IMG/VR virus record: IMGVR_UViG_3300023283_000126
Coordinates: 1-49,840 of that record
From: a virus
Lineage: Duplodnaviria; Caudoviricetes
Length of the DNA: 49,840 bases
Direction: 5' to 3' (one strand)
The first letter of the stretch is position 1; the number at the start of each line of letters is the position of its first letter. This document shows positions 28,162 to 37,770 of this stretch, in pieces. The notes beneath the pieces were generated by a model. The model worked only from the letters and a program-made list of their open reading frames with translations. It was not told the origin of the DNA and did not search any database. The translations under genes and the position numbers were made by a program.

Positions 28162-28455
28162 CTACTTGCCCCGCTTGCTGGTTCCCTTGTTCGCGACCTT
28201 CTTCTGCTCCTCTGCCATCATCTCGTTCAGCGTGCTCGCGATGATCTCGAGGGATCGCCAGAAGAAGGCATCCTGGAACATAATACCATGATCGTCCGGG
28301 GTCCGCGAACAGTGCCACCCGCTATCTGAGCGGTCGAAGCACCGGAGAAACCACGTCAGATAGAAGGAGGCGCTGTGGTGTCGCGTCTTGAGGTCGGAGA
28401 TCAGCTTGGGGTTCATGCCTTTGGCGGAGAACCGGGCCGCCTTTACGAGTTTCCC
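28162..28455 (-). CDS. Tail assembly chaperone extension (gpT-like), reached by -1 frameshift
   Basis: -1 frame open from the slippery site G GGA AAC to the tape-measure start. Confidence 0.75.
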   Translation of the reverse strand, partial: GKLVKAARFSAKGMNPKLISDLKTRHHSASFYLTWFLRCFDRSDSGWHCSRTPDDHGIMFQDAFFWRSLEIIASTLNEMMAEEQKKVANKGTSKRGK

Positions 28456-28844
28456 TCGTCTTCGTCCGAGGGCGACGAGATGTGGGCGACCATGCCGACA
28501 AGCTCCATGGCCAGAGGCAGGAAGAACGGGTACTTGACGACGTCCTCGACCGTCAAGTCGTTGCCGTCGCCGTCGGTCAAGTTTGAGATCTTGCACGTCG
28601 ACGGCAAGACCTTGGCGCACATCTCGGGCAGGCCCTTCATCTGCGACGACGAGAGCTTGCTGGTGTCGATGTCTCCGCCCGCAGGGTCTTCGAGGCCGAG
28701 GGACTGGAAGACCTCGATGATGGAGAAGAGGTCGCCAAGCTCACACGGCGAAACCTGCGCCTTCATCTGCTGCTTGGCCGGCAGCTTGTCGTTGCCGGCG
28801 AACGTGGGCGTATACTCGACGCTCTTCGAGAACGAGACCTTCAT
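28443..28844 (-). CDS. Tail assembly chaperone (gpG-like)
   Basis: Between tail tube and tape measure; ends GAG GGA AAC TCG TAA. Confidence 0.8.
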   Translation of the reverse strand: MKVSFSKSVEYTPTFAGNDKLPAKQQMKAQVSPCELGDLFSIIEVFQSLGLEDPAGGDIDTSKLSSSQMKGLPEMCAKVLPSTCKISNLTDGDGNDLTVEDVVKYPFFLPLAMELVGMVAHISSPSDEDEGNS

Positions 28845-28909
28845 GGCTCTCTCCTTCTGGCTTGGGGGAGGGCGGCCGGCAGGGGCATCCCAGCACCGGC
28901 CGCCCTGTC

Positions 28910-29989
28910 TTAGTAGGTGCTGGTTACGTTGGTCAGGCGGACCTCGATCTGGTAGCCGCTTGTGGTGTCGTACTCCCCCTTGCCCGAGATGTTGGCCTGA
29001 AGTCGGTTCGGGCCGGAAATCGGGACGGAGAACGAGGTGTACTTGAACTGCGGGATCTCCACGGTCAGAGTGTAGTAATCCGCGCTGTCGGGGTTGCCGA
29101 GGAGGATCTTGCTGTTGACGTTGGTCGCGGTGATCCGCAGGAAGCGGTTTTCGTAGGCTCGGAACTTCTGGTACTCGTCCTGGTTGCGAAAGCTCAGGGT
29201 TCCATCGACCGTCACGCGCTGGAAGTCGGTGGCCTGAAACTCGCCGAAGAGCTTGTTGCCGTCAAGCTGCTGTACGCCCTCGATGCTCTCTTCGTAGCGG
29301 ACGGACAGGCCCTCGAACGCGGTGATCGCCTCGAGGCTGTTGGCGCTGTCGCCGATCTGCACGGACACGGTGTCCCAAACCCAGGGCCGGCCGCCCGAAC
29401 TGACCAGCGATTGCAGGGCCGAGGGGCGGGCCAGAAGCGCGACCTCGCGGGCCATGATATTGGCCGTGGCGGTGAGGAGAGCGCCGGCCTGGAAGCTGAG
29501 GTCCATGCCCCAGATGTTCGAACCGTTGAAGATCCACGCGCTGCCGGTGTCCTTGTAGACCATGACGCCGTGGGGCTCGCCGTGCGAACGCTCGTCGTAG
29601 CTGTCGTCGCGCGCCGTGAAGACGTGATGGACGGTGGGCTTGCCGGCCTCGTCGCCGCTGTTGGCGCCCGTGCTGCCGGCTTCCGTGACGAGGCTCGAGC
29701 TTACGGTGCCGAGGACGGCCCGGAGGAAGACGCCGAGTGCGTTCGGGTTGGGCTCAAGCTCGATGTCGCCCTCGCCGAAGTCGTTGCCCTTGTGGCTGTC
29801 CGGCGCGGCCCTGCGGCCCGTGATCGCACCCTCCTCAAGCTCCTCGAGGTTGTGCTCGATGCTCTCGGACACGAAGTTGGTCCAGCGCCAGTCGACCGGC
29901 GAGAAGGAGGCCGAGACCACCTCCGTGGCGCTGGCGTACAGGGACCCCGTGCGCGTGAGTGCGATCTGTCCGCCTGTTCCGCTCGCCAT
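28910..29989 (-). CDS. Major tail tube protein
   Basis: 359 aa, Ser/Thr-rich beta protein; position upstream of chaperones. Confidence 0.8.
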   Translation of the reverse strand: MASGTGGQIALTRTGSLYASATEVVSASFSPVDWRWTNFVSESIEHNLEELEEGAITGRRAAPDSHKGNDFGEGDIELEPNPNALGVFLRAVLGTVSSSLVTEAGSTGANSGDEAGKPTVHHVFTARDDSYDERSHGEPHGVMVYKDTGSAWIFNGSNIWGMDLSFQAGALLTATANIMAREVALLARPSALQSLVSSGGRPWVWDTVSVQIGDSANSLEAITAFEGLSVRYEESIEGVQQLDGNKLFGEFQATDFQRVTVDGTLSFRNQDEYQKFRAYENRFLRITATNVNSKILLGNPDSADYYTLTVEIPQFKYTSFSVPISGPNRLQANISGKGEYDTTSGYQIEVRLTNVTSTY

Positions 29990-30003
29990 CCTTAAGCCCT
30001 TTC

Positions 30004-30432
30004 CTACCTGTCCTCGAACACGAAGACGCTGATCTCGACGATGGCCGCAGCCAAGTAACCGTTCTGTGCCGGGGCAGCGTCGAAGCTCACGTTCGTGGTG
30101 ATCGTGCTCTCGACGTCGCCGCTGAACCTCGGCGAGCCCCGCACTGACGAAACAACGTCGCGAACGAGGTCATTTCGTATTTTAGCCGCTTCAAGGTGCG
30201 AACTCAAATCGAACGCCATGATGTCGATCTCGAAGTTGACCGGGCCGTAGTAGTCCTGGCCGGCGCGGACGTCGGGCTGGTGCTCGACGAGACGGATGTT
30301 GACGAACGGCATGTTGGCGAAGGTCATCTGACTGTCCAGGGCCTCGGCCACAACCTGATGTGCGCCGGTGACGTCGCCTTCAAGCAGGGTGCGAAGGTCG
30401 GCCTCGAGGGTATTGTAGTCGGCGACCGTCAT
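30004..30432 (-). CDS. Tail terminator/completion protein
   Basis: Size and position; MPFVNI motif. Confidence 0.6.
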   Translation of the reverse strand: MTVADYNTLEADLRTLLEGDVTGAHQVVAEALDSQMTFANMPFVNIRLVEHQPDVRAGQDYYGPVNFEIDIMAFDLSSHLEAAKIRNDLVRDVVSSVRGSPRFSGDVESTITTNVSFDAAPAQNGYLAAAIVEISVFVFEDR

Positions 30433-30977
30433 ATCTTCCTCTCCCATTCAGCGATGAACCGGCGCACAAACGAAGCCGACGTGCGCTTCATCGTCTGCTC
30501 GGTTGGCCATATCGGCCGTGCCGGAACCGAGAACGCCTTGCGGTTCCTGAAGGCCGAGAAGCTGCCGTCCGCGTTGGCGTAGGCCATGAGCTTGTCTCTC
30601 ACTGCGCCAACGCTGTACCCCTGATCGTGCTGGTCGATGCCCCATTCGGTCGAGGGGGCGTCGAAGAACACGCGGCCGATCCTGCCCGTCGCGCCCTTCT
30701 GCCGCGTCCGAAACTTGAAGAGCGGCGCCAGCCGCGTCAGCGGGCGCGCGTTGCCGCCCTTGCGCTTCTTGGTGCTCGCGGTCAGGGGCTTCCACTTTCC
30801 CCTGCCACCGCTTGCGACTTTCTGGCGGATGTCGTCGCGCGTCTGGCGTGCGCTCTCTTGGACGATGCTCCGGCGCAGGGAGGCCTTCTGCTCGTCGTTC
30901 AGACGCCTCTCGAGCTTGTTCAGGAGGCGCCGGGCCTGCCCGAATTCGACGTCGATCCGTACAGATGACCGGGCCAT
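30429..30977 (-). CDS. Neck/virion morphogenesis protein (Mu gpG/P2 gpS-like)
   Basis: WKPLTASTKKRK...PL...HDQG...VPARP pattern. Confidence 0.7.
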   Translation of the reverse strand: MARSSVRIDVEFGQARRLLNKLERRLNDEQKASLRRSIVQESARQTRDDIRQKVASGGRGKWKPLTASTKKRKGGNARPLTRLAPLFKFRTRQKGATGRIGRVFFDAPSTEWGIDQHDQGYSVGAVRDKLMAYANADGSFSAFRNRKAFSVPARPIWPTEQTMKRTSASFVRRFIAEWERKI

Positions 30978-30978
30978 C

Positions 30979-31491
30979 TTACCAGCCGAAGCACTTGTTG
31001 TTGCCCGAGTGCCCCGGATCGTCCTCGCGATCATCCTGGTGCTGCTCAACCCGGTCGTGGTCCGCAGCTTGGTCAAGCTCGTTCAGGACCGGGGAGAACA
31101 CGGGGTGGAAGTCGGTGGTCGTGCTCCACGCCTCGAAGTCGCCGCCGCTGCCGATCTCCGTGGCGCTGGCCACGTCGATCTTGCCGTTGCGGATCATCTG
31201 CAATAGCTCAATCGTGCGGTTGTACCGCTCCTGCATGAAGTCGGGGACCTCGGGCAGGCGCTCGACCATGATGTCGAAGATGGCCAAGTCGGCCGTCATC
31301 CGCCGGATAAGCGGGTCGCTTGGCAGGGGGAGCTTGTAGCGGCCGGCGAGATAGCCGTTCACAAGCCCCTCCGCCTGAGCGATGTAGACGCTCGAGACGT
31401 CTACGCTCGTGACCTCGAAGCTGCCCGTCCCGACGGTTGTCGAGAGGGGCCTGTAACGAGCGAAGACGTCGTCGATTGTCGCGTAGCTCAC
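30979..31491 (-). CDS. Head-tail adaptor, Mu gp36/DUF1320-like
   Basis: SYATIDDV...VNGYLAGRYKLPL...DLAI...RY...LQMIRNGKI. Confidence 0.8.
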   Translation of the reverse strand: MSYATIDDVFARYRPLSTTVGTGSFEVTSVDVSSVYIAQAEGLVNGYLAGRYKLPLPSDPLIRRMTADLAIFDIMVERLPEVPDFMQERYNRTIELLQMIRNGKIDVASATEIGSGGDFEAWSTTTDFHPVFSPVLNELDQAADHDRVEQHQDDREDDPGHSGNNKCFGW

Positions 31492-34427
31492 CTGTACTTC
31501 CCTTTCGCCTTCTCGACCTCGGGGGCCAGGGCGTGCTCGATGACGCGGGTGAGCTGTTGCGGGTCGGAGACCGCGCCGGAGATGGTCATCTGCCGGTTGT
31601 CGCCAAGCCCAAGCTGCATCTTCACGTCCGTGGTGCCGCCGAGGACCTTGCGGGCCTCGCTGGCGTACTGCATGCCCTGGACAAGTCCATTCCCGAACTT
31701 GGTCATGTCCTGCCAATAGGTATCATAGAACGCCACGGCCTCTTTCGCAAGCCGGACGCCCTCGGCGTTGTCGCCGCCCTGCAAGGCGTACCGCATCCGG
31801 TGGATGATGTCGCGGAACCACAAGAACTTGCCGAGGTCGCGGTCGGGGTTGACCTTGCGGTCCCACTCGAGGAGCGGGAAGTTGCGCGAGAAGCGCCGCC
31901 GGCGCACCGCCTCATTGGTGTAGCCGGTATGGGCGATGTCCACATTAGGCAGGAGAAGCGAGTGGCCCGGCCCGCCGTTGACGCCGCCGACTTCCGCGTG
32001 CTCGTGGACCTTGCCCGCGAACTCGAACCCCTCGTCGGCCCGGAACAGCCGCGCCGGCCGGTCGATCTGGGTCTGGCCGCCCCTCGGCTCGACCGTGAAG
32101 TGATGCTGGTGGATCGAATAGCTCTGGTAGGGGTTCTCGCGCATGTAGGGCCGGATATTGCCCACGAGCTTCTCGTCACAGTCGATCCACAAGATCCAGT
32201 CGACCTCGGACTTGATCGCCTCGACGCTGACATTCCGGGCGTCGTCGAAGCCAAGCTTCCCCGCCTCGATCTTGTCGATCTCGGTGATCTGGATTTCGAT
32301 CCAGGGGTGTCTCTTGGCGAAAAGCTGGATCAGGCCGATGGTGGCGTCGGTGCTCGGCCCGATGGCGAGGCTGATAAGCCGGATGCCCTGCGCGGCGACC
32401 GACTTGAGCATCCGCAAGATATCCTCCTCATCATTCATGCAGATGATCGCCGCGCCCACCGTCTGCTCACGCGGCGCGCCGATGGTGAGCTTCCTCGTGA
32501 CGTCGATTTCGCCCACCGGCGAGGCGCCACGGTCGGGGCGGAAGGAGCACACAAGGTTGCCTAGAACCTCGCCGTTGGCCGCAGCGGAATAGGGAATGAA
32601 GCTGTACTGGAAACTGGGCTTGTGGCCAACCATGTCCTCCATCTCGGGGATGCCAATGTGCCACAAGTGCTCGGGCTGGAAGAACTCATCGACGCTCGAG
32701 AAGAGGCGGTTTGCCTCCCATGGGCCAACCGGTGTGGTCGTGATGACGGCGCCGAAGCGGAGATCGACGTCGCGCATCATGGCCGCAGGGTCCGCAACAT
32801 GCTCGAGCACTTCGGTGAGCAGGGCGAGGTCTCCCTCACCGGCGAACTCGGTGGTGAGCAGGACATTGTCGAGGTTGCGGGCCTTCAGTTCCTCGGACGC
32901 TCGCTCGATCAGCTTGGACGAGTGGTCCACGCCGACGAACTTGAGCCGGGGGAAGCGTTCGGCGAGGTTGAAGAGTTGGTTGCCCTCGCAACAGCCGATC
33001 TCGACGACGCGGGCGCCATCGGCGAGGCCCAGCGCCTCGATCTCCTGCACGACCGTCTCGAACCGGGGATTGCCCTTGAGGCTGCCGTAGGTCAACTTGC
33101 GGCTCTCGTAGAGGCGGTCGTAGTGCGCGGCAAGCTCGCCGAGGGCGTCTTCTTTGGTGAGGCCCCGGCCAATGCCAGGGTAGAGGTCGAGCAGCTTGTT
33201 CTTCAGTCGGCCGGCGATGGTGTCGTCGGGCTGGTCCTCGAGGAGCTTCAGAGCAGTGACGACGTCGCCACGGGCCCATAGCCCCTGAGCAAGCGAGTAG
33301 GCCGACCGTTTCCGGCCGCCGGCGAACATGGCGCCCTGCATCATCTCCGCCACGCCGGCCCAGTCGAGGTCGCCGCGCTTGCGCCGCTTGGCCATCTCGT
33401 TCGCCATCGCGTCCTGCGCCGACTGCGAGTTGAGGAAGTTGCGGACCCGAGCCGCGAACGCCGACACGAAGGGGGCGTCGCCAAGCTGTTGCGGAGGCTC
33501 GACCAGGATGCCGGTGGCGCTCTCCGGCAGGGCGCCGAGGTTGGTTCCGATGAACGGGCAGCCCACGGACACGGCCTCGCGAGCGAGGATGCAGGACGTC
33601 TCCTCGAAGTTGGACGGGTAGACGTACGCGGCGGCCTCGGCGAGCTTCTCGCGTATCTGGTTCTGGGTCAGGGCGCCGAGGAACTTCACGTTCGGTCGGG
33701 CTTCGGCCATCTTGAGGAGTTGGCTGTAGTATTCGCTCATGTGCTGCGGAACCTGATCCGGCCAGCCGTACATGGCGAACTCAAGCTCGTACTCCGGTAG
33801 GAGGTCCATGACGCCGCCGGGGGCGACGAGGTATGCGAGACCGCGCTCGGGGCGCGAGGCATAGAAGAGCTTGCGGTCGCTGCGCTTGTTGGGCAGGGCT
33901 CCGCCGGTGTACGGCACGATGCCGTTACGCATGGGCGTGATCGAGGACAGGGGCACGCCAGTGACCCTGTGGACCTGCTGCGCGTGGAACTCGCTCACGG
34001 TCCAGATGCCGTCGAAGGCCCAGAGGACAGGGTTCAGGTTCTCGGCGAACTCGGGCGTGGCGACGTCGTGGAGCCAAAGGAAGCACTTCGTCGCCTGATG
34101 GGTGATGATGTTGCCGTTGCCGTCGTCGGCGGCCTGGATGAACTTGGGGTTCCGGCTGACGATGATGGCGTCGAACGGGAACGACTGGGCGTGGCCGGGG
34201 AAGGCGTCGATAGGGATGTACCGGACGCCGTCGTCATGCGCGGCCCCGGTCGGGGTGTAGTCGGGGTCGATGGGCGCGAAGAGCGTCACCGCGTTGTCCG
34301 GCGAGGCGGCCAATTCCTTTGCGACCATGATGGCGGCGGTCTCGGAGCCGCCGAGGGACCTGTTTTCGAGGGTGTCGGGTCCATGGGGCATGCCGCCCGA
34401 AACGATGGCGATCTGTCTCTTTGCCAT
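31488..34427 (-). CDS. Three-domain fusion: GT4 (GT-B) + class I SAM methyltransferase + GT2 (GT-A)
   Basis: GT4: GGSET, WLHD, YASRPERGL, YPSNFEETSCI; MTase: VEIGCCEG, GVDHS, EVLEHV; GT2: FDDARN, WIDCDE, GKVHE, HTGY. Confidence 0.9.
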   Translation of the reverse strand: MAKRQIAIVSGGMPHGPDTLENRSLGGSETAAIMVAKELAASPDNAVTLFAPIDPDYTPTGAAHDDGVRYIPIDAFPGHAQSFPFDAIIVSRNPKFIQAADDGNGNIITHQATKCFLWLHDVATPEFAENLNPVLWAFDGIWTVSEFHAQQVHRVTGVPLSSITPMRNGIVPYTGGALPNKRSDRKLFYASRPERGLAYLVAPGGVMDLLPEYELEFAMYGWPDQVPQHMSEYYSQLLKMAEARPNVKFLGALTQNQIREKLAEAAAYVYPSNFEETSCILAREAVSVGCPFIGTNLGALPESATGILVEPPQQLGDAPFVSAFAARVRNFLNSQSAQDAMANEMAKRRKRGDLDWAGVAEMMQGAMFAGGRKRSAYSLAQGLWARGDVVTALKLLEDQPDDTIAGRLKNKLLDLYPGIGRGLTKEDALGELAAHYDRLYESRKLTYGSLKGNPRFETVVQEIEALGLADGARVVEIGCCEGNQLFNLAERFPRLKFVGVDHSSKLIERASEELKARNLDNVLLTTEFAGEGDLALLTEVLEHVADPAAMMRDVDLRFGAVITTTPVGPWEANRLFSSVDEFFQPEHLWHIGIPEMEDMVGHKPSFQYSFIPYSAAANGEVLGNLVCSFRPDRGASPVGEIDVTRKLTIGAPREQTVGAAIICMNDEEDILRMLKSVAAQGIRLISLAIGPSTDATIGLIQLFAKRHPWIEIQITEIDKIEAGKLGFDDARNVSVEAIKSEVDWILWIDCDEKLVGNIRPYMRENPYQSYSIHQHHFTVEPRGGQTQIDRPARLFRADEGFEFAGKVHEHAEVGGVNGGPGHSLLLPNVDIAHTGYTNEAVRRRRFSRNFPLLEWDRKVNPDRDLGKFLWFRDIIHRMRYALQGGDNAEGVRLAKEAVAFYDTYWQDMTKFGNGLVQGMQYASEARKVLGGTTDVKMQLGLGDNRQMTISGAVSDPQQLTRVIEHALAPEVEKAKGKYR

Positions 34428-34468
34428 GCTCGATCTCCTTTCCTCTGGGTGCTTCATTGAGCGCGCTC

Positions 34469-34497
34469 AATATAGGCCGGGCCTACGCGGGGCGCAA
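34469..34497 (-). promoter_or_regulatory. Promoter for the glycosyltransferase fusion
   Basis: TTGCGC-17bp-TATATT immediately after the capsid terminator. Confidence 0.55.
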
Positions 34498-34498
34498 A

Positions 34499-34530
34499 CA
34501 AAAAACGGCGGTGGGCCGGAGCCCACCGCC
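34499..34530 (-). terminator. Intrinsic terminator after major capsid gene
   Basis: GGCGGTGGGC-TCCG-GCCCACCGCC followed by GTTTTTTG. Confidence 0.85.
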
Positions 34531-34559
34531 TAGTCGCCAGAGGAAGGGGAGCCCTGCGA

Positions 34560-35525
34560 TTAACCGAGGACGTCGGCAATCCGAACAGCGAGGTCTGGCG
34601 AGACGATCTTCTCGTCCTGGTAGTAGCCGACCTCGATCTCGAACGTCTTGGTCTTCGGATCGAAGGGGAACCGCTGAACGGCAAAGGGAACGCCAAACAT
34701 GGGCGAGACCCAGCGGAAGGCGTTCATCCAGGTGTCCACGTCGCGCCCGGAGAGGTTGCGAATGTGGGCGAGCCAGATGTGGTTGCCCCAAATGTCCGAA
34801 AGCGTGCCGCTGTCGTTGATGGTCTCGGTCTCGCCGGCGGTATTGACCTGCGACATGGGCAGGAGCACGTTCGGGATCTCGAGCAGGCCCGCGAAGCGGT
34901 TGGCGTCGACGAGACCACCGCCGTCACCGAAGAGCAGCGTGCGAAGCTGCGCGTTGTTCCGCAGCTTCATCCGCACCTGCTCGGGGATGATGATGGTGTT
35001 CGGCCGCACGCCGGTGCGCTGACGGTAGTTGTCGATCTCGGTGTTGAGGTCGTCGAACGGCGTGCTGTTGTCGGGATCCGACCAGTTGCTCGAGATGGTG
35101 GTCACGGTGCCGACGTTCGAGGTGTTGGTCGCGAGGTCCGCGAGCCGCATCTCGTAGTCGACCATGAGTGCGTCCATGATCAGGGTCGACTGCGTCTCGG
35201 CCCATTGGAGCACGGCGTCGGCGTTGACGTCGTCCTCAACCGACCATTCGGCGCCGAGGGCGTAGTTCTTCACGGCATAGGTGTCGGTGGACACGGTCAT
35301 GCCGATCTTCCTCGCCCGCGTCTTGGGCGCGCGCAGGGTCATATCCTGCTCGTGCCGACGGAACTCGAGGTGGTTGAACTTCCAGTAGAAATCCGTCTGC
35401 TTCTCGACCGTGGTGACGGGCACCAGACTGTCGGCGATGAAGCCTTCCGGCCGCCTGTTCACAATGACATTGGACAGCGCCACGTCAATATGAAGGTCGC
35501 GGCCCGTTGCAGGGGTTCCACTCAT
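34560..35525 (-). CDS. Major capsid protein
   Basis: 321 aa, follows protease and cement genes, ends in a strong terminator; DPDNSTPFDD...RPNTIII pattern. Confidence 0.85.
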   Translation of the reverse strand: MSGTPATGRDLHIDVALSNVIVNRRPEGFIADSLVPVTTVEKQTDFYWKFNHLEFRRHEQDMTLRAPKTRARKIGMTVSTDTYAVKNYALGAEWSVEDDVNADAVLQWAETQSTLIMDALMVDYEMRLADLATNTSNVGTVTTISSNWSDPDNSTPFDDLNTEIDNYRQRTGVRPNTIIIPEQVRMKLRNNAQLRTLLFGDGGGLVDANRFAGLLEIPNVLLPMSQVNTAGETETINDSGTLSDIWGNHIWLAHIRNLSGRDVDTWMNAFRWVSPMFGVPFAVQRFPFDPKTKTFEIEVGYYQDEKIVSPDLAVRIADVLG

Positions 35526-35555
35526 AACTTGTTCCCAATCCCTTTCTGTTGAGCC

Positions 35556-35960
35556 TTAGACGACGATGGCGCCGCTGTCGACCGTGTAGGGCACGTCGAG
35601 GTTGAGCGTGAAGACGGACCCCGAGGCGGCCGAAGTGAGTGCGCGGCCGAGGATCTTGAGCGTCTGCCCAGCCGCAGCCCCCGAACTGATGCCGGTGGCG
35701 AAGCCGCTGTTGGCCGCCGCGACCGCGTCACCCACGGCGACCGCGCCGCCGGCCTGGGCCTTGGTGCTGCCGCGAGTGGCGACCGTGCCGGCTTCGCCGC
35801 TCTTGGGGTGCGTCTCGACCACGCCGAAGCCCTGATTGGCGGCGGCGAGGTCCATGTGATGGGCGGTGCCGGTCAGTTCAACGATGCGATACTGAGCATC
35901 GCTCATGTCCGTGTCCGCGATCAGGGTCAGGAGACCCCGCTGGGAACCGAGAAAAGCCAT
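35556..35960 (-). CDS. Capsid cement/decoration protein (DUF2190-like)
   Basis: Ala/Gly-rich; AGGAVAVGDAV...GRALTSAASG. Confidence 0.75.
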   Translation of the reverse strand: MAFLGSQRGLLTLIADTDMSDAQYRIVELTGTAHHMDLAAANQGFGVVETHPKSGEAGTVATRGSTKAQAGGAVAVGDAVAAANSGFATGISSGAAAGQTLKILGRALTSAASGSVFTLNLDVPYTVDSGAIVV

Positions 35961-35966
35961 GTCGGA

Positions 35967-37190
35967 TTACTCCCCCTCGACGTAGCGCCGCTTCAGATCA
36001 GCGGGAATGGTTGAGATGACGGCCTTGTACGCATCGCCGTACGAGACCTTCTCGTCCTCGATGCGCTTGTTGATGAGGTGCGTGACCTCTTCCTGCGCCG
36101 AAGCGAATTCCTTCTTCTCGCCCCCGGCACCCCTCTCGCCGAAGTCGACGGCGGTGGGCAGGCCGCCCAGGAACTCGGCAAACGCCTCGGAGGCGTCCTT
36201 CTCGCCGCCCTCGGACAGCTTGACGGTGCCGGTCATCGAATGAGCCAAGGCGATCATGGTGTCGCGGTTCTTCGGCGCCACCTTGCCGTCGGCGATGGCC
36301 TTGTCGACCATGCCCTCGAGCTTCTGGGTCCGCACGTCGGCCTGGAACTGACGCAGCGCGTCCTCGGCGCCGGTGGCGCGCTCTTCGGCCTTGGTAGCAC
36401 GGGCCTCAAGCTCGGCCTTCTCCGCCGAGAACTTGGCCTCGACTTCCTCGCGGGCCTTGTTGGTGGCTGCCTCCACCAGTTCGTCGACCTGCTCTTTGGA
36501 ATACTGCATCGTTTCGTCCTTCTCGCTCAAGATGACGACCCCGTCGCCGCTGATTTCGGCTTCACCCTGCTCGACCCCGGCCTCCATGAGGACCGATGCC
36601 AACTCCTTCAGCCCCTTGACCGCCGGAAGCTCGGCTCCAAGTAGCGCGACGCCGGTCAAGACGTTGCGGTGAACCCTGCCCCCAAACTCCATCTTGGGGC
36701 GCATCTCGATACTCACCTGATTGTAGCGCCCAGAGCGGACCAAATCAAACAGCGCGTCGGGCACCTGAGAGAAGTTGGCGAGGACTTTCTGGCCCTCCCG
36801 CCAGACCCGGCTGACGAAGCCGAGGTTGGGCGCACCCTCCTTGCGGCCGAAGAGTTTCTGGTTCTCGCTATGGCCGAGCTTGATGACCGGCTTGAGGCCG
36901 TTCGTGGTGCCGATCTCGGCGAAGCTGCCGACCAGAAGGTCGAGGTCTTCTTCCGTGATCGTGACCTTCCCGGTGCTCGCGTGCCATGTCCCTGCGGCGA
37001 AGATCTCGACGCCGTTGATGTCGCGCGCGAACTTCTGGTCCCCGCCTTCGCTGGCGTTGACCTCGTCGGCCTTGGACGCGCAGAACGCAGCGCGCTGCTC
37101 GCCATCCGGGAAGTCGCGAAGCGCCTCCTCGTCGGCCATACACCTCTCGATGAACTCGTCTCGGCCTTCGCCCTCTTGGCGGTCGGGCAT
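35967..37190 (-). CDS. Mu gpI-like prohead protease/scaffold
   Basis: IFAAGTW, KLGH, GRYNQVSIE, VALLGAELPAVKGL; C-terminal coiled coil. Confidence 0.85.
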   Translation of the reverse strand: MPDRQEGEGRDEFIERCMADEEALRDFPDGEQRAAFCASKADEVNASEGGDQKFARDINGVEIFAAGTWHASTGKVTITEEDLDLLVGSFAEIGTTNGLKPVIKLGHSENQKLFGRKEGAPNLGFVSRVWREGQKVLANFSQVPDALFDLVRSGRYNQVSIEMRPKMEFGGRVHRNVLTGVALLGAELPAVKGLKELASVLMEAGVEQGEAEISGDGVVILSEKDETMQYSKEQVDELVEAATNKAREEVEAKFSAEKAELEARATKAEERATGAEDALRQFQADVRTQKLEGMVDKAIADGKVAPKNRDTMIALAHSMTGTVKLSEGGEKDASEAFAEFLGGLPTAVDFGERGAGGEKKEFASAQEEVTHLINKRIEDEKVSYGDAYKAVISTIPADLKRRYVEGE

Positions 37191-37214
37191 ATCATTCCTC
37201 CTTGGTCCACTCGC

Positions 37215-37243
37215 ACTATAGGGCGTCGCCCCGCCCCGATCAA
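37215..37243 (-). promoter_or_regulatory. Promoter for the head operon
   Basis: TTGATC-17bp-TATAGT. Confidence 0.55.
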
Positions 37244-37299
37244 ACGGGCGGCGTAAGCCGCCCGTCATCGCGAGGCAGGGGCGTGTCCTAGAGCGAGGA

Positions 37300-37755
37300 C
37301 TAGAACCCAAAGTTGACGGCGAGGAAGTCGCCGCTCGTCACCGAGTTGATCTGGACGAACAGCGCATTAGGGATGAAGCCGTTGGGCATGGGGTAGAAGC
37401 CCGCCTCTGAGACCTGGACAGGCTCGGTATTGCCGCTGCCGGCCGTGCTGCCGCTCTCCGGGACGGTCAGGGTATTGCCCTGCCAGATTGAAAATAGGTT
37501 AAGGTTGAACGTGACGGAGCCGCCGCCGAAATCCTTGGGCGTGAAGAGGTAGCTGGTGATGTCGGTCCAGTGCGTGCCGACGCTGGTGTCGAACGAGAAG
37601 TTGCTCGTTCCGTAGACCTTCGCAGAGAACGGCTGGCCCTGGTCCGAAATGAACTGGAACAGCCCGCGCTGGTCGCCCAGCCCGACGCGCTCGATGCCGA
37701 TGGGGTCGGTCGAGCCGACCGCGATACTTTCGGTGACAGAAAGGTGGCGTGCCAT
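37300..37755 (-). CDS. Hypothetical (possibly structural) protein
   Basis: 151-aa Ser/Thr/Gly-rich ORF with AGGAGG RBS between portal and protease. Confidence 0.65.
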   Translation of the reverse strand: MARHLSVTESIAVGSTDPIGIERVGLGDQRGLFQFISDQGQPFSAKVYGTSNFSFDTSVGTHWTDITSYLFTPKDFGGGSVTFNLNLFSIWQGNTLTVPESGSTAGSGNTEPVQVSEAGFYPMPNGFIPNALFVQINSVTSGDFLAVNFGF

Positions 37756-37770
37756 GGTGTAGCCTCCTGG

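Noticed and set aside
28869-28905. GC hairpin between tail tube and chaperone genes as a terminator
   Set aside because: Long loop and no U-tract; at most a stabilising or attenuating stem
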